The position numbers and the translations under genes are program-made. Source: a virus. From it: a stretch of 37,046 nucleotides of DNA. Below the pieces are notes generated by a model. That model searched no databases and was not told the origin of the DNA. It worked only from the letters and a program-made list of their open reading frames with translations. The stretch covers positions 1-37,046 of IMG/VR virus record IMGVR_UViG_3300045988_137238; one strand, given 5' to 3'. This document shows positions 15,482-26,486 of this stretch, piece by piece; the stretch's first letter is position 1; every line of letters starts with the position of its first letter.

Positions 15482-18400
15482 GATCAGCAATGTTATGGCT
15501 ACAAAAGTCGCATTGGATTTGGTGGACGCATCTAAGTCAGTCCGCAATCTGACGACAGAAGTCAATGCATCAACCAAAGCCTGGCAGGCACAGGAAGCCA
15601 GTCTTAGGTCTGCCGGTGACTATGCCGGTGCAACTAAGGCACGACTTGACGGTCTGGGCAGTGCAATCGATGCGCAAAAAGAAAAAATCTCCGCTTTGCA
15701 GGAGAAACAGGAGTCGATGAACAATATCAGCCAGGAAACGGCTGAGGAGTTTCTGAGACTTAAAGAGCGCATCGAACAGCTCAAGGCTGAGCAGGCCAGT
15801 CTTGATGATGTTACCGGTCGGAACAAGGACAAGTACGAGTCGCTTGGTGCCGAGATCAGCCGACTGGAAGACCAGCAGAACAAGCTCAATACGGGTACGG
15901 TCAAACAGGCTGAGACCTATCTGCGCTATGGTGCACAGGTCGACCAGGCTAAGGCCAAGCTGGCAAGCATGGAAGCTCAGCAACAGCGGGCTGAACAACA
16001 GCTCGAACTGCAGAACAGCGGCGTGCTGAAACTTAACGCGTCCATGCGGGCACAATCAGCGCTGTTTATGGCGCATACTGAGCGTCTACAGGCTGAAGGG
16101 CGTCAGTACCAGGCTATGGGAGCACAGGTTGATGGTCTGGAAAACAAGATCAATCAGCTGAGAGACATCCAACAGCGCGAGATGCAGATGCTCGAATCCA
16201 CACGACAGCGGATGGGCGAGAGCTCGCAAGAGTATCTCAAACAGGCAACCCGTGTGGAAGAGCTTGGTACTCAGATTGCGCAGACGCGGTCTAAGATCAA
16301 CGAGCTCAATGAAGCCATGAAGGCTACACCACATACGTGGCTTGACGGCATGAGTGCCCGTTTGGACGGTCTGCAGGGCAAAGCCGACCGAGTAAGCCAT
16401 TCGTTCGGCAGCATGTTTCTGGCAAATACGGCGGCTAATGTGTTTTCTGGCGCACTGGCAACGATTCGGGCTCGCTTTACGGAGCTGATTGACAGCGGGT
16501 TACAGTATGACGTTACTCAAGAAAAAATGCTTGCTACGTGGGATACGCTGACCGGTTCAGCCGGCAAGGCTAAAGGCATGGTCAACACGGTCAATGATTT
16601 GTCAGTCAAAACCGGTCAAGCCGTTGACACTGTGGACGAACTGGAGCAAGGATTCTATCACCTGAACTCGTCTAAGAGCCAGGCAGACGGGCTGACCAGC
16701 TCCATGCTTAACATGGCTGACGCGGTTGGGCTTAACAGCCAACAAATCGGTGACGTATCACAGGATATGGTCCACGCGATGGCAACTGGCAAGGTTACGC
16801 AAGGTGAGCTTAACCAGATCGGCGCCTACTTTCCGATGATCGACAAGGCGTTGGCTAAGCACTACCACACAAGCGTTGCCGGGATGCGCCAGATCGCAAG
16901 CGCCGGTAAGCTTGACGCCGACACGTTCCAACAGGTTTTTGAGCAGTTAGGTAACGGCAAGTACAAGGACGCTGCCGAAAACATGATGGGCACTTTCTTC
17001 GGCATGGAGCGAACGATCAAAGCCCGTATGCCAGCCCTTATCGGCGATGTTGTCGAGCCATTCAAAACAATGAGCAATCCGCTGCTTGAGTCTGTATCCA
17101 AGTGGGTATCAGACAAGCGTACCGAAAAACTGTTTACTCAGTTTGGTCAGCACTTGATGCAGGCGTTTAACCAAATCACGACTGCGTTTGGCGGTAAAAA
17201 GATCAACGTCAGCGATGCGCTGACTGGCGGAATGGAAGCGGCTACTCGTGCCGTTGACCGGTTCGCCAACGTGGTGTCATCACACCATACGCAGATCAAG
17301 GAATTTTTTGATTCGTTTAAGACTGGTTCAGCTGCGAGCCTTAAGATCTTTGCCAACGTCATGCTTGACCTTTCAAAGGTAATGCTGCCAGTTCTGGATG
17401 AGTTGGCTAAATACCCGAAGACAACTGCAGCAGTCATTACTTCCCTTTTGTTAGCAAGTAAGGCTGTTAAAGGCTTATCTGTGGCGGTCAAGGGACTGCA
17501 GATCATGCGGACGGTCGGCTCAACGATAGGCAGTTTTGCGACTAAGATCAAAAACATCCCGAGTCGCAAAATTACTCGCATTCAGGTTGACGGCGCCAAG
17601 TCCACGCGGGATTTGGAAGCCTACAGCCGGCGTTTGGACCGTATTCCAAAATCCAAGACGACTAAGGCAATCGTTAATACGGCATCTGCCGAAACCAGTC
17701 TGACACGGCTTGGAACTAAAGCGACCGTAGCCGGAAAGGTTGGTTCAAGCGGACTCAGTTTGATTGGTCGTGGCGCTAAGATTGCGTCAGCCGGACTTGA
17801 CTTAATCGGTGGTCCAGCGGGTGCAATCATGCTTGTGGTACAGGGCTTGACAATCCTGTACCAGCACAACAAAAAGTTCCGCACGTTCGTCAATGGATTG
17901 GCAAGCTCAGCCATGTCGGCAATGGGCAAGATGGGCAAGGCTTTTGAGTCCGGTGCTAAATCGGCAATCTCGTGGACCAGCAACATGTGGGGCCGTGTCA
18001 AAAAGAGCTATCAGCAGGGCCAAGCTCAAACTCAGCAGCAGACTCTGCAGCATGCACGTCAACAGCAGAAGGCTTGGAATGACATTCGCAGTAACGTCAC
18101 CAACACGGCGCAGGATATGATGCACAAAGCCGGCAACGCATTTAGCAACGGCTACAACGACGTCATCAACAATACGTCTAACTGGCGGAACAATGCGTCT
18201 AACCTTTGGCATGATGCATCAAACAAGATCTTAAACACGGCCGGCAATTTGCGGTCCAACTCAACCAATATTTTGTCAAACATGCACGATAAGCTGTCTG
18301 GCATTCAGGATACTGGCTTAGGCCATATGCTTGGCGGTTGGAAAGACCACTTTGGCAAAGTCATTAACACTATCGAGTCAAATGGTAGTCCACTCCATAA

Positions 18401-19664
18401 TGCTTTTAGAGATATTTTAAACGGCTTGCTTAGTCCATTTACCAATTTGATTAACGGCATTATCAAAGGTATCAACTGGGTCTTAGATAAGGTTGGCGGT
18501 GATAGCCATAAGCTCGGCACTTTCTCCATCGGCAAGCTTGCCAACGGTACGCCGGGGGGCGGTTTGCTCCATGATCAGGTAGCACTGCTTAACGATGGTT
18601 CTGGTCCTAACTTCCAGGAAATGGTCCACTTCCCGTCTGGCGAAACGGTCATGCTCCCGCCAGAGCGTAACTTGATGATGTTCTTACCAGCACAAACAGA
18701 AGTGCTTGACGGAGAGCGGTCAGCACAGTTGGCACCGATGATGGATATCAACCACTATGCCAACGGCGCTGTAGGTGATTTCTTCTCTGGCCTGTGGGAC
18801 AAAGGCAAGGATGTCCTTGACTTTGCCGAAGACATTCTTAAAAAGCCGATCGACTTCATGGAGTCAGTCTTCAACCGCTTCACCTCGGGCAAGTCTGACA
18901 ATGGCGGGTTCTTCAGTGCCCAACTGCATACCAGTCTTCCGGTATTCTTCGCCAAATCAATGGCCGATTGGGTTAAGAAACAGTTCCAGGAAATGGCTGA
19001 TCCCGCCGGCTCAGGTGTTGACAGATGGCGGCCAAACGTTGTCAGAGCTTTGGATATGCTTCACTTAAGCTCGTCGCTTGTCGGTAGAGTTTTAAAGCAA
19101 ATCCAAACTGAGTCTGGCGGTAATCCAAAGGCACTCGGTGGCGATGATGGATTGAGCGATGGTCGAGCTATGGGGCTGATGCAGGTTAAGCCACCTACGT
19201 TCGCAGCCTACAAACTGCACGGCCACGACAACATCTGGAATGGTTTTGACAACCTGTTAGCCGGCCTTAACTATGCACGACATCGCTATGGCGATAGCCT
19301 ATCATTCTTGGGGCAAGGACATGGCTATGCGAACGGCGGTATTGCTACTCAGCCGTCAATATTTGGCGAGGCTGGCGCCGAAATGGCAATCCCGTTGGAC
19401 AGCATGAAGTCATCCCGTGCGTGGGAGTTAATGCGACAGGTTGTTGCCTACTACGGTGGCAACAATGCCAGTCAGACAACCACGATCGATACGCGGAACA
19501 TGTCACGGCAGATTCAGGAGCTGATTGAAGTCGGCAAAGCAGTCTTAGCGGTCAACGGCGAGCAGGTTCGAGCCATTAAAGGCATCAATGGCTACGACAA
19601 GGCGCGGGTCTATCATCAACAACGCACCGACATGGATTTAGCCAACTTTCAATCGTTTGTGTAA
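15474..19664 (+). CDS. Tape measure protein with C-terminal lytic transglycosylase (SLT) domain
   Basis: 1396 aa with a coiled-coil N-terminus and hydrophobic central segments. LKQIQTESGGNPKALGGDDGLSDGRAMGLMQV (about nt 19090-19190) is the SLT catalytic-Glu motif. Confidence 0.9.
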   Translation: MAKISNVMATKVALDLVDASKSVRNLTTEVNASTKAWQAQEASLRSAGDYAGATKARLDGLGSAIDAQKEKISALQEKQESMNNISQETAEEFLRLKERIEQLKAEQASLDDVTGRNKDKYESLGAEISRLEDQQNKLNTGTVKQAETYLRYGAQVDQAKAKLASMEAQQQRAEQQLELQNSGVLKLNASMRAQSALFMAHTERLQAEGRQYQAMGAQVDGLENKINQLRDIQQREMQMLESTRQRMGESSQEYLKQATRVEELGTQIAQTRSKINELNEAMKATPHTWLDGMSARLDGLQGKADRVSHSFGSMFLANTAANVFSGALATIRARFTELIDSGLQYDVTQEKMLATWDTLTGSAGKAKGMVNTVNDLSVKTGQAVDTVDELEQGFYHLNSSKSQADGLTSSMLNMADAVGLNSQQIGDVSQDMVHAMATGKVTQGELNQIGAYFPMIDKALAKHYHTSVAGMRQIASAGKLDADTFQQVFEQLGNGKYKDAAENMMGTFFGMERTIKARMPALIGDVVEPFKTMSNPLLESVSKWVSDKRTEKLFTQFGQHLMQAFNQITTAFGGKKINVSDALTGGMEAATRAVDRFANVVSSHHTQIKEFFDSFKTGSAASLKIFANVMLDLSKVMLPVLDELAKYPKTTAAVITSLLLASKAVKGLSVAVKGLQIMRTVGSTIGSFATKIKNIPSRKITRIQVDGAKSTRDLEAYSRRLDRIPKSKTTKAIVNTASAETSLTRLGTKATVAGKVGSSGLSLIGRGAKIASAGLDLIGGPAGAIMLVVQGLTILYQHNKKFRTFVNGLASSAMSAMGKMGKAFESGAKSAISWTSNMWGRVKKSYQQGQAQTQQQTLQHARQQQKAWNDIRSNVTNTAQDMMHKAGNAFSNGYNDVINNTSNWRNNASNLWHDASNKILNTAGNLRSNSTNILSNMHDKLSGIQDTGLGHMLGGWKDHFGKVINTIESNGSPLHNAFRDILNGLLSPFTNLINGIIKGINWVLDKVGGDSHKLGTFSIGKLANGTPGGGLLHDQVALLNDGSGPNFQEMVHFPSGETVMLPPERNLMMFLPAQTEVLDGERSAQLAPMMDINHYANGAVGDFFSGLWDKGKDVLDFAEDILKKPIDFMESVFNRFTSGKSDNGGFFSAQLHTSLPVFFAKSMADWVKKQFQEMADPAGSGVDRWRPNVVRALDMLHLSSSLVGRVLKQIQTESGGNPKALGGDDGLSDGRAMGLMQVKPPTFAAYKLHGHDNIWNGFDNLLAGLNYARHRYGDSLSFLGQGHGYANGGIATQPSIFGEAGAEMAIPLDSMKSSRAWELMRQVVAYYGGNNASQTTTIDTRNMSRQIQELIEVGKAVLAVNGEQVRAIKGINGYDKARVYHQQRTDMDLANFQSFV

Positions 19665-19726
19665 CGAACTGAGATGATCAGTTACCCGCTTAAAAGTTTT
19701 TCAGTGCGTCTGAGAGGTGATTAAAA

Positions 19727-20566
19727 ATGCAACGACCGACAATGTGGATTAAACTGCCGGGCCAAGCAGAGATAAACTGTGAGAGCATCACAAAAGGTCT
19801 GCGGTTCCTGCAGGATGATTCTGATCCGGGAGTGACCAACTCCTATCTGACTGATGCCAGTCTTGACGGCTCAATTTTGAGCTATCAGTCAATCGCCAAG
19901 AATACGATCAATGCCAACTTTTGGCTGCACTTTGGCGATTGGTATGACTATAAGATGAAAAAACATTCGATTGCCAAGTTCTTCGCACAAAAAGGCCTGA
20001 TGCAAATCAGAACCGATGCTGAACCGGCAATCGTTAAATACGTATATGCCGGAAGCTACTCAATCAAACCGGTGCAGGACTACTCACACGAAGCACTGTT
20101 TACGGTAGCTTTCGACAATCCGACTGGCATCAAGTACTCGCTTGGCTGGTCAGACGATGAGATGACGTACGGCAACGGTCTCTGGCAGGTCGGGATGAAT
20201 CTGCCGAATGGTAAGCATCTCGACTATGAGTATATCGGCCAACGGTCTTTTAAGATTTATAACGCAAGTGATATCACGGTTGACCCGATACAGCGTCATC
20301 CGATGCAGATCATCGTCAAGGACACAACAGGCCAGGTAGAGATATTCAACCAGACAACCGGCACGGCCATTACCTATCGTGGCCATCTGACTGCAAGCGA
20401 TGAGCTGACGTGGGATGGCGTCAACTGCTATCTTAATGGCGAGCTGGCTAACAACGATACCGACTATACGTATCTGACACTGGCGCCGGGATACAACGAC
20501 ATCCACGTGTCCAGTACGTCAGACGCCGATATACGTTTTCACTTTAAGTTTTTGTATCTAGATTAA
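19727..20566 (+). CDS. Distal tail protein (Dit)
   Basis: 279 aa, immediately after the TMP. Typical siphovirus tail-component position and size. Confidence 0.7.
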   Translation: MQRPTMWIKLPGQAEINCESITKGLRFLQDDSDPGVTNSYLTDASLDGSILSYQSIAKNTINANFWLHFGDWYDYKMKKHSIAKFFAQKGLMQIRTDAEPAIVKYVYAGSYSIKPVQDYSHEALFTVAFDNPTGIKYSLGWSDDEMTYGNGLWQVGMNLPNGKHLDYEYIGQRSFKIYNASDITVDPIQRHPMQIIVKDTTGQVEIFNQTTGTAITYRGHLTASDELTWDGVNCYLNGELANNDTDYTYLTLAPGYNDIHVSSTSDADIRFHFKFLYLD

Positions 20567-20572
20567 GGGGGG

Positions 20573-23167
20573 ATGACAGTGACACCGCTTGATGCAATTA
20601 ATCAGCATCGCTATACGTACTTTGGCTTTAAAGACGTTTCAACGGCTGATCATCCCTACCAGTATCTGCCGGCACTCTGCTATTCTGACAATCTGACCAA
20701 CTGGAACGTCGTACAGTACTACCCAGAGCTGGGCAACTGTGGCGCACAATCGGTCGCCAAGATTGGCAGTTGGTATTATGTAATCGCAACCGGATATCTG
20801 ATGCGAACTAAGAATTTCGTTGACTTTGACAAGCTCGACAATCCACTGGACAAACAGAGCGAGTTCAAGCACGTGTGGGCACCAGAGATCTTTGCCGATA
20901 TCAACGGCAACTACCACGTAGCCTACTGCGCCAACAAAGACGATTCAGAGGTGACGGGATTTGATCTGTACGTAGCTGATATGACTGCGGACGGTCAGCT
21001 GAGCAAGCTGCAGCAGAAAATCACGTTTTACGACGGTCAGCTGGGCAACGTTCGACAAATCGATCCAAGCATCGTACTTTACAAGGGCATCTACTACCTG
21101 GCAACGTCGGGCGACTACCTGTACAGTGCCACGAACTATCTGGGGCCATATCAACGCGTCAAGGCCAACTTCTCGCCGACACCGCAGTTCTACGGTGATC
21201 AGTGGTGTGGGAACGATGGTTGGACGGAAGCGCCAGAACTGGTCAAAGACGGCAACTTCCTGCGGCTGTTTTCCGATATGCCGGCTAAACACGGCTATGT
21301 ATACCGATCGGCAAACTTAAGCGACTTGGGTACATGGTCGGCTCGCTCACAAACCGTCTGCGTGGACTTTGACATGCGTCATGGATGTTTCATGGTCAAT
21401 CCTAACGTTGAGCCTGCACTGTATAAGGCAGAGATCAGCTATGACAACAAGTTTAACCCTGCGATGACGATCAAAGCGCTCCATAACGATCAGGTCGTAC
21501 CGCTGACATGCTATGAGCGGACTGGTTTTCAGTATCAGTATGCCAACAATCAGACTAACCAGATCCAGTTCAACGCTTACGATGACGGTTCGCCAAGCTG
21601 GCCGATGATTCAGGTTGAAAGCATCATCACCTTTAATGATGACTGGTTTGTCGTTAAAAACATTCAGCCGACTATACAGGGCTCTGATATCGTACAGGTG
21701 ACGGCAATCCAGTATGTCAACAGTCAGATTGCCACGATCCACCAGTACAACACTCAGCAGGGTACGCTGACCATGCGGCCGGACGATATCTTAAAGTACT
21801 GGCTCAACGACAGTACGGTCAATCCAAACAATAAGTTTACCTATAATGTTGTCGGCAGTTTTGAGTCGCATCGCGTGGAAAACTTAGGCAACGGCTCTGG
21901 TAAGGACATGCTGTCTAAGATCACTGAGCTGTGGCCGTCTGCCGTTATCTACCCGCAGAAGAACCAGATCAACGTGGTCAGTGCTGACGCCTTTACTAAG
22001 CCAACGCAGAAACGTATCGACTATATCCGCGACACGTCTGAGATACAGATGACGCAGGACTCGACTAACATTGTCAACATGGTTCGCTGTATCGGTGCAA
22101 CCAAGCAGAGCGATACTTCAACCGCTGCTACCGACTCTGGAGGAGTGCAGCTTACCGAGTCAGAGACTACACAGACGACTGGGGCAGATAGAACGGCTGA
22201 GTTTCAAGCCGACGCTAAAAAGTATCTGGGCGTACCGTACAAGTGGGGTGGACACGATAAGTCCAATCCGTATGCGGGGATGGACTGCTCGGGTTTTGTC
22301 AGCCAGGTCTACTACGACTTCGGCGTCAACGTACCACCGCAGACGGTACAGATGGAACCCTACTTTTACCAGGTTAGCGATCCTAGATGCGGGGATGTCG
22401 GTTTCTATGGTCCGCACGGTAGTACGCATCATATCTGTCTGATGCTTGATGCCAATACCATGATCTACGAGCCTGAGCCTGGTGAAGTCTGCAAGATCGC
22501 GCCAGTAAGCTCATACCCGCCGGACTGGTATGCACGCAACAACAACATCCAAGCCAAGATCAACCAGCAGAAGACCACAACGGTTGACAATGCCAATATC
22601 ACGTTTACCGACAACTATCAGTCGGGCACCTACAACAGTGAGGAGCAGTACTACTTTGAGCCGTTTATGGTAATCGACAACGATAGCATCAATGCGTGGG
22701 GACCATATCCCGCTACGTCTGATCTGCAAGACGACCGGTTTACCGATGCTGATGCAATGCGCGCCTACGCTAAGACACAGCTGTCACCAGACCCGACCAT
22801 ATCAATCGTGGTGACGCTCAACAGCAATGCCAAGCCGATTGCCGGCGAGCAGGTACGGCTGAACATTCAGCCACGCCATTACAGCACCAACGTGACGGTG
22901 GTTGGCTGGACGTGGTATCCGTTTGACCCCACACAGGGGACACAGATCACGTACGATAATCTGCCGGCTACGATACTTAACAATCGTGCCGCTATGCGGA
23001 CTCTGGCAGATGTCGAGAAGATGGCACGGACGGCGCTTGCCAACATGCCACAGGTTTTCTACTCGAGCGAAGACCCTACAGCCAAGCATAACGTTAAAAA
23101 TGGTGCGATCTGGGTTAAACCGATAAATCAAGAAACAGGAGGCGACGCAAAACATGCCGATGGATAA
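20573..23167 (+). CDS. Tail-associated lysin (Tal) with N-terminal GH43-like beta-propeller extension and an NlpC/P60 endopeptidase domain
   Basis: aa 1-297 carry SDNLTNW, VWAPEIF, IDPSIVLYKGIYYLA and WTEAPELV, a 5-bladed-propeller glycosidase-like pattern. At aa 298 MTIKALHNDQVVPL... reads like a canonical Tal N-terminus. KYLGVPYKWGGHDKSNPYAGMDCSGFV...GDVGFYGPHGSTHHICL is NlpC/P60 (about nt 22210-22500). Confidence 0.7.
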   Translation: MTVTPLDAINQHRYTYFGFKDVSTADHPYQYLPALCYSDNLTNWNVVQYYPELGNCGAQSVAKIGSWYYVIATGYLMRTKNFVDFDKLDNPLDKQSEFKHVWAPEIFADINGNYHVAYCANKDDSEVTGFDLYVADMTADGQLSKLQQKITFYDGQLGNVRQIDPSIVLYKGIYYLATSGDYLYSATNYLGPYQRVKANFSPTPQFYGDQWCGNDGWTEAPELVKDGNFLRLFSDMPAKHGYVYRSANLSDLGTWSARSQTVCVDFDMRHGCFMVNPNVEPALYKAEISYDNKFNPAMTIKALHNDQVVPLTCYERTGFQYQYANNQTNQIQFNAYDDGSPSWPMIQVESIITFNDDWFVVKNIQPTIQGSDIVQVTAIQYVNSQIATIHQYNTQQGTLTMRPDDILKYWLNDSTVNPNNKFTYNVVGSFESHRVENLGNGSGKDMLSKITELWPSAVIYPQKNQINVVSADAFTKPTQKRIDYIRDTSEIQMTQDSTNIVNMVRCIGATKQSDTSTAATDSGGVQLTESETTQTTGADRTAEFQADAKKYLGVPYKWGGHDKSNPYAGMDCSGFVSQVYYDFGVNVPPQTVQMEPYFYQVSDPRCGDVGFYGPHGSTHHICLMLDANTMIYEPEPGEVCKIAPVSSYPPDWYARNNNIQAKINQQKTTTVDNANITFTDNYQSGTYNSEEQYYFEPFMVIDNDSINAWGPYPATSDLQDDRFTDADAMRAYAKTQLSPDPTISIVVTLNSNAKPIAGEQVRLNIQPRHYSTNVTVVGWTWYPFDPTQGTQITYDNLPATILNNRAAMRTLADVEKMARTALANMPQVFYSSEDPTAKHNVKNGAIWVKPINQETGGDAKHADG

Positions 23168-26100
23168 CGTGACACTTGAAAACACTCAACAGTCGATCAG
23201 CAGTCGTGACGCCAAGTCGGTTGCATCCGTGATGGTCAACGGTAAATGGGTTAACCTAAGTGACACGCTGGAGCAAGCCAATGTCAAGTCGGATGTAGGC
23301 ACGGTTGCCAAACAGGTTGCTGCACAGCAAGAGGTAGTGTCAAACGCAGTTAGTGTGGCTGACAGTGCTCAAAGCGCTGCTGATGCCGCCGTCGCAAGCG
23401 CGCAAGTGACAAGTGACGCCGTGAGTGCGATTGCTAGTGCAACGGCAGAAGCCAAACAAGGCGCTAACGATGCGTTGAGCAGAGCTAAGAGTGCGTGGGA
23501 CGTTGCTACCGGAGCTAAAGAAGCTGTTACAAACTTTGATCCGCTCCTCAAAAGCGCCCAATCCGATGCTAGCAATGCAATCGCCCAGATAGCCGATACG
23601 GCCAGCGCCTTGAGTGACGCTAAGGCGGCATTTACAAGTGATGTTGCGGTTACGAAAAATCTAGCTAGCACGGCGCAGACAACGGCCGACAACGCCGTAA
23701 AAAGTGCGTCAAGCGTGGCAGATGATCTAACGACAGTGGCAAACCAAGCAAAGGCCAACGCAAATGGGATCACGAAGGTAACGTCCGATGTGGGATTATT
23801 GCAAACCACAGTGGCGAACAACACCGGCGACATTTCAACAATTCAAGAAACAGCGAAGCAAATTCAGCAATCTGTTTCTGATAACGCCGGTAACATCACG
23901 GTGGCCAAGCAAACCGCCGACAGTGCTGTTGCGGTAGCTAGTGATGCCCGAAGCAATGCTACGGTGGCTATCCAAACGGCGTCACAAGCCAGCATTACGG
24001 CTAAGAATGCTAGTGGTCAGGCGGCAAGCGCCATGCTCACAGCTAACGGGGCGCTAACCACCGCCAGCAATGCTAAGTCCGACGCCACAGTAGCGATTCA
24101 AACAGCAAGTGGAGCCAGTCTAACTGCAACCAACGCCAAGAGTGACGCCACGGTCGCTAAGCAAACCGCCAGCGAAGCTAAAGTCCAGGCGTCCAATGCC
24201 GAGAGCGACTTTGCTCAGCTATCAATCAGGGCGGGACAGATCGAAGCTAGCGTGGCGAACAACTCGGGTGCAATCGCTAGCGTGCAACAGACCGCTTCCG
24301 GCCTGACCTCACGTGTAGGCAATCTCGAGAGCAAGACGAACACGCAAGAGACGGCAACCGAGCAGAATAAAAATGCTATCAAGCTCAAAGCCGACCAGGC
24401 CGACGTGGACAAGATCAACGGTACTGTTAGTCGACTTCAATCCTCGCTAACCGTGCAAGCTGGGCAAATCCGAGAGAAGGTCACGTCAAGCCAAGTGGCT
24501 GGCATGCTAACCGGCTATGCTACGCAAGAGTACACTCAATCACTGATCACGCAGAAAGCGGGTACGATCAATGAGAGCATCACTAATTTAGATGCAAAGT
24601 ACAGTGCTAAGGACGGGGTTAACCTTGCTACCGATACTGGTAACGTCAGCTCTTCTGGAGCTGGTGGTGGTTGGGGCAATATTGGCAATATAAGCGTAGA
24701 CACACTCAATGAATTACGCGGTCAGTATATGACCATTTCTGTTGATGTTGAGTGGAACGGCTGGAAAAACGATGGTAAATTTCCAAATAACAGGCTTGGT
24801 TGGGAAATAGCGCTTGCTTATAAAGATGGTTCGCCCACTGATTATTACGGGGCTTGGCTAAGGCCTACTACTGCCAACGGCAAACAAAGAATATATGGAA
24901 CCTATATGGTTCCAGACAAAGAAATCTCCTTACTTGGCGAAGGTTATGCTTACATACAAATAAGCTGCACCAGCGCCAAGGTTAGCCATCTCAAAATTGA
25001 GCGTGGCACCGTTGCTACTCCGTGGACGCCAGCTCCGTCTGACAACGCCACTGTGACGCAGGTACAATCGCTGACCGCATCAATTGACGGTCTGCAATCG
25101 AATGTGACGAACTTAAAAAACGACACCTCGTCACAGATCACTCAGTTATCAAACGTCGTGCAGTCAAAAGTATCGCAAGGCGACTACAACTCTCAAATCA
25201 ATCAGCTTAAAAACGACATTAATCTGCGAGTGCAGAAAGGCAACGTGATCAGCCAGATCAACCAAGAAGCAGGCGGGAACACTTTAATCCAGGTAAGCAA
25301 CGGGAATGGATCACTAATCCTTGACGCGGCCAATACCATAGTCAAGGGTAAAGAATGGATACCGGTTGCTGCAATCGCGGATTTAACGGCCGATCAAATC
25401 CAAGCTGGGACGCTGACGGGTAGCACGGTGCACTTGGGCGATAGCAGTGGCAATACGATTGATTTGGGAGTGCTCGGCACTAACCACGTGGGATTGCACT
25501 CAAAGGCGACTAACGGCGATCAAACTTATATTGATCTTAATGGGATTCACAACTATGGGGCCACATATGACACTAAAATTAGTCAAGGCCAGATCACCAC
25601 TAACCTCTTGTCTGTCAATGGGGGTGGATTAATCGATTTTAGATCAGGTGGATCCGGAGTAACACTTAGCAATAAAGAGTTTCAGTTTTACAACTCGAGC
25701 TCTATTAACGGTGGGCTTAGCTTTTCTGGAAGTGTGCCGATTGCGGAAGCCGGTGATGCCGGCGGAAATGAATTAAGGATTCGTTATGACCGTTCCTTTG
25801 CAGTGACACCCATCAGCGACGATTCGGCCCGCATCTGTGCATCGCCAGCGGTTCTGGAACTGGGTTTCGTACAATCAGGAAGCTCAACGCCAGACCTCAA
25901 TAACACTGGGCTCTGGGTCGATAGGAACAACCGATACATGAATCTTGGCGTGTGGGAAACTGACAGCACATGGACTCGTATAGCAGCAGGCTCGCATAAC
26001 ATCCAAATGCAAGCCAATGACGCTCACGCTTGGTTGTACAACAATAATTTCCACATTTATCGGGATAATGACGGTGGTTCAGCCACTGCCACAGAACTTC

Positions 26101-26459
26101 AAGTTGACGGCTGGGCGTGGGTCAGAGGCTGGGTTGAAGCGGCTGGCCACTCTCAACACTCGGCACTGTCCACTAAGACAGCCCTCCAAGCAATCGACGA
26201 TGATGAAATGCTTGAGATGGTCAACAACACTGACTTGGCGTCTTTTCTCTTCAAGACGGACGTAGCAAGCGGCGAGACTCACCGCCATATCGGGCTAATC
26301 ATCGACGACGTGCATGATGTAGCACAGTATCAGGCGCCTCAAGATTTCATCGCCCCCAACGGAGTCAGCCGTGATGATGACAACATGATTGGCGCATTAT
26401 TTGGCGCTGTTAAGGCACTCACCAAACGAATTAAAACACTAGAATCTAAAGTCGGTTAA
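23154..26459 (+). CDS. Tail fibre / receptor-binding protein with A/S/T-rich repeat shaft, CBM-like module and C-terminal S74 intramolecular chaperone domain
   Basis: 1101 aa. The shaft carries repeats such as NAKSDATVA(I/K)QTAS. ...SHLKIERGTVATPWTPAPSD is the usual carbohydrate-binding-module signature of LAB phage fibres. The C-terminus ...HSALSTKTALQAIDD...HIGLIIDDV...IGALFGAVKALTKRIKTLE fits Peptidase_S74. Confidence 0.75.
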   Translation: MPMDNVTLENTQQSISSRDAKSVASVMVNGKWVNLSDTLEQANVKSDVGTVAKQVAAQQEVVSNAVSVADSAQSAADAAVASAQVTSDAVSAIASATAEAKQGANDALSRAKSAWDVATGAKEAVTNFDPLLKSAQSDASNAIAQIADTASALSDAKAAFTSDVAVTKNLASTAQTTADNAVKSASSVADDLTTVANQAKANANGITKVTSDVGLLQTTVANNTGDISTIQETAKQIQQSVSDNAGNITVAKQTADSAVAVASDARSNATVAIQTASQASITAKNASGQAASAMLTANGALTTASNAKSDATVAIQTASGASLTATNAKSDATVAKQTASEAKVQASNAESDFAQLSIRAGQIEASVANNSGAIASVQQTASGLTSRVGNLESKTNTQETATEQNKNAIKLKADQADVDKINGTVSRLQSSLTVQAGQIREKVTSSQVAGMLTGYATQEYTQSLITQKAGTINESITNLDAKYSAKDGVNLATDTGNVSSSGAGGGWGNIGNISVDTLNELRGQYMTISVDVEWNGWKNDGKFPNNRLGWEIALAYKDGSPTDYYGAWLRPTTANGKQRIYGTYMVPDKEISLLGEGYAYIQISCTSAKVSHLKIERGTVATPWTPAPSDNATVTQVQSLTASIDGLQSNVTNLKNDTSSQITQLSNVVQSKVSQGDYNSQINQLKNDINLRVQKGNVISQINQEAGGNTLIQVSNGNGSLILDAANTIVKGKEWIPVAAIADLTADQIQAGTLTGSTVHLGDSSGNTIDLGVLGTNHVGLHSKATNGDQTYIDLNGIHNYGATYDTKISQGQITTNLLSVNGGGLIDFRSGGSGVTLSNKEFQFYNSSSINGGLSFSGSVPIAEAGDAGGNELRIRYDRSFAVTPISDDSARICASPAVLELGFVQSGSSTPDLNNTGLWVDRNNRYMNLGVWETDSTWTRIAAGSHNIQMQANDAHAWLYNNNFHIYRDNDGGSATATELQVDGWAWVRGWVEAAGHSQHSALSTKTALQAIDDDEMLEMVNNTDLASFLFKTDVASGETHRHIGLIIDDVHDVAQYQAPQDFIAPNGVSRDDDNMIGALFGAVKALTKRIKTLESKVG

Positions 26460-26472
26460 AGCCGGCTTTTTT
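26451..26472 (+). terminator. Possible terminator after the fibre gene
   Basis: gtcgg-ttaaag-ccggc (one G-U pair) followed by tttttt. The stem is short. Confidence 0.4.
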
Positions 26473-26486
26473 AATTGGAGGAAACT

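Noticed and set aside
23300-24400. Repetitive DNA that might be taken for a repeat array or CRISPR
   Set aside because: The repeats are imperfect, in frame, and encode A/S/T-rich coiled-shaft units of the fibre protein. There is no spacer-repeat structure anywhere in the window.
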